From an uncultured Lachnospiraceae bacterium (lineage in GTDB: Bacteria > Bacillota > Clostridia > Christensenellales > UBA1242): a stretch of 64,000 nucleotides of DNA. Shown one piece after another: positions 20,355 to 27,160 of the stretch. Where the stretch lies: positions 38,802 to 102,801 of the forward strand of contig CAZYDU010000002.1 of the NCBI GenBank assembly GCA_964646345.1. Reading direction: 5' to 3'. Below the pieces are notes generated by a model. That model ran no database searches and was not told the DNA's origin. It saw only the letters and a program-made list of their open reading frames with translations. Within the stretch, counting starts at the first letter, position 1; each line of letters opens with the position of its first letter. The translations under genes were made by a program, and so were the position numbers.

Positions 20355-20822
20355 CTACAAATTATTTTTCCTTAATAAATAATTTATCCTTTCTTTTTGA
20401 CCATCAATAATCACATCAATTCGACTCAAAAATTTATTCAGTCTTTGAATAAGCTCCTTTAGTGCTGTAAATTCTTCTACTATAAATTTTTCTCCTTGTC
20501 CAGCAAAATTTGTATATTTAAAATACTCATGAGCAAAATAATTACGTTTTTCAAGTAATGTTTTCAATTCAATAATTTCATCTTTATTCAAACTTTGTGA
20601 ATCTCTCAAAACACCAATCATCGCCCCAAAAGTCATTGTTCGCATCTTTTCTTTGATATATCCAGCATCATCAACGACTTGCTCATAATCATTTTTTGAC
20701 ATTTTAACGTGCCTGCCAAATTCCTTGATGATTTCACTATTTTCACACAAATTCCCAAGTTCAAGTTCGATTTTTTGGGTTAACTCAACTATTTTTCCTA
20801 TTGCACAATAAATTCTATTCAT
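20355..20822 (-). CDS. Hypothetical protein with RNxxAH (HEPN-like Rx4H) motif
   Basis: LLEKRNYFAHEYF at residues 90-102 in a predicted all-helical 155-aa protein. Confidence 0.4.
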   Translation of the reverse strand: MNRIYCAIGKIVELTQKIELELGNLCENSEIIKEFGRHVKMSKNDYEQVVDDAGYIKEKMRTMTFGAMIGVLRDSQSLNKDEIIELKTLLEKRNYFAHEYFKYTNFAGQGEKFIVEEFTALKELIQRLNKFLSRIDVIIDGQKERINYLLRKNNL

Positions 20823-20959
20823 AATTCTTTTCCTAAGTTTATTTTAAATAAATATGTAACATCTGTCAAATTTAACAAGAATAAATATGATTTTACAAAT
20901 AAAATAAATGCAAAAATAATTTTTAAATGTTATAATACTCTTAAGAAGGAGAAAATAAA

Positions 20960-21766
20960 ATGAAATCAGTAGTAATAACAGGAAGTGCCGGTGGCTTTGG
21001 CTACGAAATGGCAAAAATTTTTAGAAAAAATAATTTTAATGTCATGCTTTCGGATATAAACGAAACAGCATTAAACAATGCAAAAAACGAACTTTATAAA
21101 GAATCTGGAGATGGTATCATTGAAACAGTTGTTTGTGATGTAACTAACTCAGATAACCTTGAAAACTTATGGAAACAAAGCTTAAAAAGCTTTAAACAAG
21201 TTGATATTTGGATTAACAATGCAGGTGTAAATCAACCAGACCAGCCCGTTGAAAAACTCAGCGAAAAAGACATTGATTTTTTATTAAATATCGATTTAAA
21301 AGGCACAATTAACGGAAGTCGAATAGCTTTTCGTGGTATGGAAAAACAAGGATTTGGTCAAATTTTTAATGTTGAAGGCTATGGAAGCAACGATGCAATG
21401 ATGCCAGGATTAACAATTTACGGAACAGCAAAAAGAGCAGTAACCTATTTCACACAAGCACTTGCAAAAGAAAGCAAACAACTTTATGGCAATTCAATCA
21501 AAGTTTCAAGATTAACCCCTGGAATAATGATTACTAACTTTTTAACAAATGCAAACGGTGGAAAAACAAAAGTTGAACTCAGAGAAAAAACAAAAAAGGT
21601 ATACAATATTTTAGGAGACTACCCTTCAACAATCGCAGAATATGTCGTGCCAAAAATGATTAAAAACAAGAAAAACAATAACCAAATTGTATGGCTAACC
21701 AACTCAAGAGCATTTGGAAGATTTTTAACCGCAGGCTTTAAAAAACGTAATTTATTTGAAAAATAA
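20960..21766 (+). CDS. Short-chain dehydrogenase/reductase (SDR)
   Basis: TGSAGGFG cofactor motif, NNAG, and the YGTAK catalytic YxxxK. Confidence 0.85.
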   Translation: MKSVVITGSAGGFGYEMAKIFRKNNFNVMLSDINETALNNAKNELYKESGDGIIETVVCDVTNSDNLENLWKQSLKSFKQVDIWINNAGVNQPDQPVEKLSEKDIDFLLNIDLKGTINGSRIAFRGMEKQGFGQIFNVEGYGSNDAMMPGLTIYGTAKRAVTYFTQALAKESKQLYGNSIKVSRLTPGIMITNFLTNANGGKTKVELREKTKKVYNILGDYPSTIAEYVVPKMIKNKKNNNQIVWLTNSRAFGRFLTAGFKKRNLFEK

Positions 21767-22082
21767 TACGTTTCACGTAAAACATTTTTTATCAGACTTG
21801 ATTTTAAAGCAATTTCCAAAAGAATGCTTAATTGCAGAAGATTAATGTACTTTATCATACTTTACTTCGTATCATTTCGGACGGAGAGAATTTTTATGTC
21901 ATTTCGACTTTTCTCTTTTTGTGCCATTTCGACTGGAACGTTAGCGGAATGGAGAAATCCCTTTGTTAGAGCCACTCTATTTTTCCAAAATAAAAAAATC
22001 TCCAAACAAACATCAAACAACACAAAACGTATTGAAATTTGTTAATTTAGAGATTTAAGCGAAAAGGTATAAACCTTTATCT

Positions 22083-22111
22083 ATATACACCTATTACGGT
22101 GTATATTTTTA
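22083..22111 (+). terminator. Rho-independent terminator
   Basis: Stem ATATACACC/GGTGTATAT with a 6-nt loop, followed by TTTT. Confidence 0.55.
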
Positions 22112-22141
22112 TTATGTGACAAATTTAAAATATTATACCAA

Positions 22142-22576
22142 TTACATTTCTAAAATATAAGTTCCAGGTCCATCTAAAACGGTTTCAATTTCCATATATG
22201 TTTGAAAAACTCCGGTTTTAATTTCTCTTTGAGTTTTTAAATATTCACAGAATTTATTATAAATTTTTTCAGCCTGTTCAGCCTTGGCACTATAAATAAA
22301 GTCTGGTCTATTTGTGCCTTTTAAGTTAGCATAAAGCGTAAAGTTGCTAACAACAATCATCTCGCCACTAACATCTGAAAGCGAAAGATTGGTCTTGCCA
22401 TTTTCATCATCAAAAATGCGAAGCTTTAAAAGTTTATCTGCAAATTTCTTAATATTTTCTTCAGTATCATCTGCAGAAACCCCAAACAAAACAAGTTCCC
22501 CTTCACCAATTTCACTATATTTTTTCCCATTAGAGTAAAGCACACACTTTTTAACTTTTTGAATAACTGCTTTCAT
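22142..22576 (-). CDS. dtd: D-aminoacyl-tRNA deacylase
   Basis: MKAVIQKV start, the SNFTLYA (SQFTL-type) motif and a GPxT C-terminus. 144 aa. Confidence 0.9.
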   Translation of the reverse strand: MKAVIQKVKKCVLYSNGKKYSEIGEGELVLFGVSADDTEENIKKFADKLLKLRIFDDENGKTNLSLSDVSGEMIVVSNFTLYANLKGTNRPDFIYSAKAEQAEKIYNKFCEYLKTQREIKTGVFQTYMEIETVLDGPGTYILEM

Positions 22577-22616
22577 AACTTCTCCTTAATCTAATTCTAA
22601 ATCATTCAATTTTAAT

Positions 22617-22648
22617 AAAAAAATCGTATCAATAAAGATACGATTTTT
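22617..22648 (-). terminator. Hairpin terminator abutting the orphan tRNA-Tyr 3' fragment
   Basis: Stem ATCGTATC/GATACGAT (22623-22644) flanked by A- and T-runs. Read on the minus strand it follows the tRNA 3' end. Confidence 0.6.
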
Positions 22649-22705
22649 TGGTGGGAAGAAGTGGATTCGAACCACTGAAGTCGAAAGACGACGGATTTAC
22701 AGTCC
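22649..22705 (-). repeat. attL: orphan 3' 57 nt of tRNA-Tyr (direct repeat copy 1)
   Basis: Identical to 37031-37087 at every base I compared. Sequences diverge immediately outside on both sides. Confidence 0.85.
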
Positions 22706-22724
22706 ACCTAAAAATTCGTACAAT

Positions 22725-22823
22725 CACTGATTTTATCAGCTTTTACAAGATTTTTGACACAATTTTTTGACACAATTTTTTTAAATTTATCGTACTTAAA
22801 CACTGATTTTTTCAGCATTTACA
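22725..22823 (+). repeat. Left-end repeat cluster (candidate recombinase arm sites)
   Basis: Two copies of CACTGATTTT(A/T)TCAGC(T/A)TTTACA at 22725-22747 and 22801-22823. Between them is a tandem pair of TGACACAATTTT at 22755 and 22768. Confidence 0.5.
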
Positions 22824-22896
22824 TACTTTGGTAAAAAACTCAAAACCATGATTTTTTACTTGTAATGTATTCATTATAAGCAATAATTATTAAAAA

Positions 22897-23040
22897 TCAA
22901 AAGCTTTTTTCGATTTTAACCCTATTCTTCTTTAATTCTTCCATTGAACATTCAAACATTGCACATTCTTTACAATAACATTCATATCTGTACTTTACAT
23001 ATTCTTCCGGGCTTAATTCCCATTCTTCTTCTAATTCCAT
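22897..23040 (-). CDS. Small Cys-rich ORF (47 aa) coupled to rep
   Basis: Own translation: MELEEEWELSPEEYVKYRYECYCKECAMFECSMEELKKNRVKIEKSF. A GGAG overlaps the rep stop. The ORF is below the track size cutoff. Confidence 0.35.
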   Translation of the reverse strand: MELEEEWELSPEEYVKYRYECYCKECAMFECSMEELKKNRVKIEKSF

Positions 23041-23051
23041 AATTTTATCTC

Positions 23052-24179
23052 CTAAAATACCGGGTCATCATCTATCGGCTCAAATATTTTCATTTGCTTT
23101 CTTAAATCTTCTGCAGGTACTCCTAAGTACTTTGTGTCAAGTTTCTCCCACATACTTGGCGGAAGTATTCGCTTCAATTCATCTAAAGATTTATCTGCTT
23201 TTTCCAATATAATCTTTTCTCGACTTTCATACCTTAATATAAAATGTAATCTCTTTTCAAAACCTTGCCATGATTTATAATCACTACTTTTTTGAAATGA
23301 ATACTGCTCAAGTGGAGACCAGTTCGAAGATATAAAGACCGTATTATAATTGCCAAACTTATTATTATATCTACAACTTAAATCTAATGGGTACGCATCA
23401 GCTAAATTTAAAAAGATTGAAAAATCTATTTGTGAACGGAACTCGTCAAATATTACTACATTCTGATTTCTAAACTCGTCAAAATAGTTTTTCTCATATT
23501 GCTTAACCCAATATGCTTTGCTGTTTCCAAAGTACTTAAATAAATTATAAGTTTTTCCAACTCTCGAGGGACCATAGATATATACACATATAAAATCTTG
23601 TTTTTGAACATCTTCCATATCGTGCCTTAATAACTCTTGTCTCATTCGTTGAATTTTATCCAGATTCTTAAAAAAATGATTTGGATATGCTTTACTAATT
23701 TCATAATCAGTTGCACCATTCCTTATCATTTCAAGTAAGTTTGTTATATCCGTCCTTGCTCTTTCTTCAGCAAATACTCCAAGTTCATAAGGTCCTGAGA
23801 CTCTTGTATCAGATTTTGTACAATAATCACGACATTGTACATTACTACCTTTTGCCTTTTCAATATGTGCTTTCGGAAATAATTTCTTTATTGTCGAAAA
23901 TCTTTTACCAATCGAAAATACTAAAAACATTTGAAAATGTTCGGTTTCTTTTTCCTTTCCCCTTTCTCTCTGCAGAGCTGAATATTTAAAATGTTCTAAA
24001 TGTTCAATATACTCACACATTTCTTCGTCAGACTCGGTTGAATTATTAATTGTTAACATATATCGTCTAGCTTGTGAATTTTCGTCAATAATTTCTTCTT
24101 CTTTAACTATTTCAGAATCAGCATTAATTTCTTCTTCTTTTTTATTTTCTGAAACAGCTTCAATTTTTTCTTCTTCCAT
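23052..24179 (-). CDS. rep: Rolling-circle replication initiator, HUH endonuclease plus SF3 helicase (CRESS-type Rep)
   Basis: Motif I YMLTINN (aa 40-46), motif II HFQMF (81-85), motif III YCTK (119-122). Walker A GPSRVGKT (203-210), Walker B VVIFDEF (241-247), motif C ISSN (283-286). Confidence 0.8.
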   Translation of the reverse strand: MEEEKIEAVSENKKEEEINADSEIVKEEEIIDENSQARRYMLTINNSTESDEEMCEYIEHLEHFKYSALQRERGKEKETEHFQMFLVFSIGKRFSTIKKLFPKAHIEKAKGSNVQCRDYCTKSDTRVSGPYELGVFAEERARTDITNLLEMIRNGATDYEISKAYPNHFFKNLDKIQRMRQELLRHDMEDVQKQDFICVYIYGPSRVGKTYNLFKYFGNSKAYWVKQYEKNYFDEFRNQNVVIFDEFRSQIDFSIFLNLADAYPLDLSCRYNNKFGNYNTVFISSNWSPLEQYSFQKSSDYKSWQGFEKRLHFILRYESREKIILEKADKSLDELKRILPPSMWEKLDTKYLGVPAEDLRKQMKIFEPIDDDPVF

Positions 24180-24217
24180 TCGTATTCCCCCTGTGTAAGA
24201 AATTTAATGAAATTTGA

Positions 24218-24472
24218 TTAAAATATAAATACAACCCCCAAAATTACATTTAACATTAAAATAATTAACTCAAAAATTAAATATATCTTTCTTCTAAACA
24301 CAACCGACTTAATTATTTTTAAAATCGTTATAATCAGGTTTAAAACCAAAACCCCAATCGCAAATGGACTAAGTAAAACCATTCTCACAGCTTCATTAAC
24401 CCCATATGCTCCGAATAATGGAAGAAACACCCAACATTCGAATATCAATAATAATATTTGAATTATAATCAT
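24218..24472 (-). CDS. Small membrane protein (84 aa, about 3 TM)
   Basis: ATG at 24472 with an AAGGAG RBS. The longer track ORF starts at a TTG inside the iteron array and is unlikely. Confidence 0.5.
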   Translation of the reverse strand: MIIIQILLLIFECWVFLPLFGAYGVNEAVRMVLLSPFAIGVLVLNLIITILKIIKSVVFRRKIYLIFELIILMLNVILGVVFIF

Positions 24473-24487
24473 ATATACTCCTTTTGT

Positions 24488-24603
24488 GCGACACAGTGTG
24501 ACTTTTGCGACACAGTGGCGACACAATGCGACACAGAGAAACGATTTTAAAAATCGGCTCTAAAGTTCGATAAAATAACCATTTACAAGAATTGTGCGAC
24601 ACA
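24488..24603 (-). repeat. Five iterons (plus strand GCGACACA; minus strand TGTGTCGC)
   Basis: Copies start at 24488, 24507, 24518, 24528 and 24596, all in the same orientation. The last one abuts the ori stem. Confidence 0.65.
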
Positions 24604-24604
24604 G

Positions 24605-24643
24605 TGACGCAGTTGCTAGGTAATACTACCCGCAACTGCGTCA
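24605..24643 (-). promoter_or_regulatory. Putative rolling-circle origin stem-loop with TAGTATTAC nonanucleotide
   Basis: Perfect 12-bp stem (24605-24616 / 24632-24643). The 15-nt loop reads GGGTAGTATTACCTA on the minus (rep-sense) strand. Confidence 0.7.
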
Positions 24644-24845
24644 AAAATTCTTTCGCACATTCTCTCTTTTTAACGACTTTCCAAGTCGTCCTAGTAAGCT
24701 TTCAGCTTATTATTAATAAGAGAAATCTTTTTCTCAACGCAAAAATTGCTCTTAAAAACCCTGTTTTTATCTTACGTATAAATTGCACATTGCACTTTCT
24801 CTCCAGGTTTTAGTGTAAAAAATAATCTTATTTTTAATTATCCTG

Positions 24846-24947
24846 TTGACTTTTCTCAAATCTTGCATATAATATTAAGTATCAAAGCGAAGAAATTCGC
24901 CATGCTGTTTCAGACAGCCAAAAGTGGAAGAAATTCCACTTTTTTTA
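24846..24947 (+). ncRNA. Candidate small RNA (promoter, three hairpins, T-run)
   Basis: TTGACT (24846), a 16-nt spacer, TATAAT (24868). Hairpins at 24887-24900, 24904-24918 and 24923-24940, followed by T7. The last hairpin could equally be the minus-strand terminator of 25015-25299. Confidence 0.3.
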
Positions 24948-25014
24948 TTGCAAATATTTTCCAATAAAAAAATAATGACGTTTCTTTATTTTCTTTTTAC
25001 CTATATCTTGTATC

Positions 25015-25299
25015 TTAGAAATATCTAACATTCTTTATTGGTTTTTTATTTACACCCGACCAACGGGAAAAATTTGTATCAAAATAAGGCAAAGCATAAG
25101 TATTTCCTACACGAACTTGTTTTATTTTCTTACGATTTATCTTTTTATCCCTATCTTCTAACGAAGTTACTACATTTACATCACACATTCCATTATTATT
25201 AACTTCACGTATATAAACATAATGTCCACCAGGTCGTGGAATACCAAGATATTTATTCTCTATGTACCCTATTTGGTTCTTTATTTTCTTATAATTCAT
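25015..25299 (-). CDS. Hypothetical small basic protein
   Basis: ORF inside the element operon. No recognised family. Confidence 0.45.
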   Translation of the reverse strand: MNYKKIKNQIGYIENKYLGIPRPGGHYVYIREVNNNGMCDVNVVTSLEDRDKKINRKKIKQVRVGNTYALPYFDTNFSRWSGVNKKPIKNVRYF

Positions 25300-25320
25300 A
25301 AGCTTTATCCCTTTATATTT

Positions 25321-25749
25321 TTATCCAAAATCACTATCAAACTCACTTTCTTCCTGTATCGGTTCAATATTTGCTACCTGCTTCTGAACTATTACTGCAG
25401 GAACTAAAATATCAGGTTTTTGCTCAGGCGGTTTTTCAGAACCTTTTTCGGGTTTCTTATCCGTTTCTTTTTGATCTTTCATTATCTTTTTCATTTTTGC
25501 CCATAACCTAGAATGAAACATTTTCCATATCCAATTATGTGGCATTGTTTCAAAAGCTGTACGGAGTTCCAACTCCCTTTTTTCTCTTTCAAAAAGGGGT
25601 TTTTTATAAAGCTTTGTATATTCTCTTATAGACTTTTCTACAAATTTTATAGACTTTTCCGGCAAAGCATTAAGTCCAAATGAATCAGATAATTTATCAT
25701 ATTCTCCATAAATAAAACTACTTAAATCAGAAAAATCGTCAAATTCCAT
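25321..25749 (-). CDS. Hypothetical protein
   Basis: ORF with a GGGGGA-type RBS, directly downstream of the Zot-like gene. Confidence 0.45.
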   Translation of the reverse strand: MEFDDFSDLSSFIYGEYDKLSDSFGLNALPEKSIKFVEKSIREYTKLYKKPLFEREKRELELRTAFETMPHNWIWKMFHSRLWAKMKKIMKDQKETDKKPEKGSEKPPEQKPDILVPAVIVQKQVANIEPIQEESEFDSDFG

Positions 25750-25775
25750 ATAAATCCCCCCTTTTCTTTATTTTA

Positions 25776-26615
25776 TCATGCTACATCATTAACTTTTTTC
25801 TTTAAATAACCGGCAGGTGCTATAAAGTAATTTTCATTATTAAACTTTGTAATACCTTCCATTGAAAATTGATAACCACTTTCAGTGAAATATTCATATT
25901 TCAATTTCAAATTTTTTGTATATGAAACATCATAAAAAGCAAGCTTATTAGAATGACTATCATAGAAATTAAAAACATTAACATTAGTTGAATATTCAAC
26001 AGTTTTTCCAAGGTCTGAGTTAGCACCACTTTCTTTTGCCATTTGATATTTTTCAGCTGTTTCACAAGACTCAAATTCATGTGTTTTCCAAGTAATTTTA
26101 ATAACCCTACCAAACTCATCTTTCTTAACATCTAGCTTATCTATTACTATAAATTTATCACATAAAGCTCGAATATTTACGTCTATGTTTGCTAACCTTT
26201 GAGCTGTTAAATAAATCTTATAATCGTTATGTCTATGAATTTGAAAAAATCCATAAACTTCTTTTCGTAAATACATGCTCAAACGACTATCAAAATAACG
26301 TTGAGCTTCATCTAAAAATATACTTGAACCAACAGGAAAAAATTTTGTTTCAAAAAACTCATTGGGTAGTCCAATTTCAAAACCACTTACTTTATATCTA
26401 CTCCACTTTTTATTGATTTTAAAATCATAATCAGCAAAACATAAATGTTTTTGTGGTGGAAGCTCTAAATCAGAATAACCAACACATCTTAAATGTTCTA
26501 TTTCTCGTTTTGCAATATAATAGTCTTTAACATTATAAACCATTGTTTCATGTTGAAAATTAGTTAATAAAGCGGTTTTTCCGCTTCCACACTTACCAAT
26601 AATTCCAATCATCAT
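25776..26615 (-). CDS. Zot / pI-like P-loop morphogenesis ATPase
   Basis: Walker A GKCGSGKT at the N-terminus, Walker B IFLDEAQRYF, then FQIHRHNDYKIYLTAQRLANIDVNIR. This matches the Zot-family HRH...D...TQ...IR pattern. Confidence 0.75.
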   Translation of the reverse strand: MMIGIIGKCGSGKTALLTNFQHETMVYNVKDYYIAKREIEHLRCVGYSDLELPPQKHLCFADYDFKINKKWSRYKVSGFEIGLPNEFFETKFFPVGSSIFLDEAQRYFDSRLSMYLRKEVYGFFQIHRHNDYKIYLTAQRLANIDVNIRALCDKFIVIDKLDVKKDEFGRVIKITWKTHEFESCETAEKYQMAKESGANSDLGKTVEYSTNVNVFNFYDSHSNKLAFYDVSYTKNLKLKYEYFTESGYQFSMEGITKFNNENYFIAPAGYLKKKVNDVA

Positions 26616-26746
26616 AATATTAAATTCTCCCTATGTTATTTTTTCTTTACGCCTTGATTTTTGAGAAAGTTTGAGTATAATAATATATAGAACAACTCAG
26701 CCGATAAGGCACATTCTAAGCGGCAACGCTACAAAGAGTTGTTTTT

Positions 26747-27085
26747 TTATTGCTTAATTTTTTTATTATACCTTTTAATTGATTTTCTTGTCTTATTAGA
26801 AAATCTAAAATTAGATAATTTTTCAGAACTAAATTGTTTTTCAGTCTGCCAATATGGTGGACTGATTTTTGTTTTTCTTCTATCACGAGTTAACTTATCC
26901 GGGTTTTCATCCAAAATATAATAATCAACGCCTTTAACATTCTTTGAATGAGTAATTAAATTTGCTTTATAACTATGATTATATTTTGCAGAAATATAAG
27001 CCGGATGCGCTTTTTTATCTTTACCCATATGATTAGGGTTAGTATCTAATCTAAACTCGTTTTTTCTAAGATATTTTTTACTCAA
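26747..27085 (-). CDS. Hypothetical small basic protein
   Basis: K/R-rich 112-aa ORF between the repeat protein and the Zot-like gene. Confidence 0.45.
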   Translation of the reverse strand: MSKKYLRKNEFRLDTNPNHMGKDKKAHPAYISAKYNHSYKANLITHSKNVKGVDYYILDENPDKLTRDRRKTKISPPYWQTEKQFSSEKLSNFRFSNKTRKSIKRYNKKIKQ

Positions 27086-27160
27086 TATTTTTCTCCTTAG
27101 TTAAAAATTAATTGTGGGTAGTCTGCTTTTAAATCGTTTCCCACTCGTGGATTTTGTCTT

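Noticed and set aside
21824-22045. 73-aa plus-strand ORF in the SDR-dtd gap
   Set aside because: It has no RBS and an F/R/C/L-rich implausible sequence, and it spans the triple repeat. The region is treated as non-coding.
22649-22705. tRNA fragment considered as a tRNA pseudogene
   Set aside because: It is an exact copy of the 3' part of the intact tRNA-Tyr 14.4 kb away and is bounded by an integrase-bearing element. It is better explained as the displaced attB half-site.
24488-24603. GCGACACA repeats considered as a CRISPR array
   Set aside because: The repeat units are only 8-11 bp with 2-11-nt gaps, apart from one 60-nt gap. No cas genes are present. The context (adjacent nonanucleotide hairpin and rep) fits iterons.
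24396-24813. ORFs 24396-24644 (-) and 24592-24813 (+) across the origin region
   Set aside because: Both start at TTG and read straight through the iterons and the ori stem-loop. Their odd Cys/Val/Thr-rich sequence is a by-product of the GCGACACAG repeats.
25907-26416. Short ORFs 25907-26131 (-) and 26189-26416 (+) inside the Zot-like gene
   Set aside because: They are alternative-frame or antisense overlaps of a motif-supported CDS.
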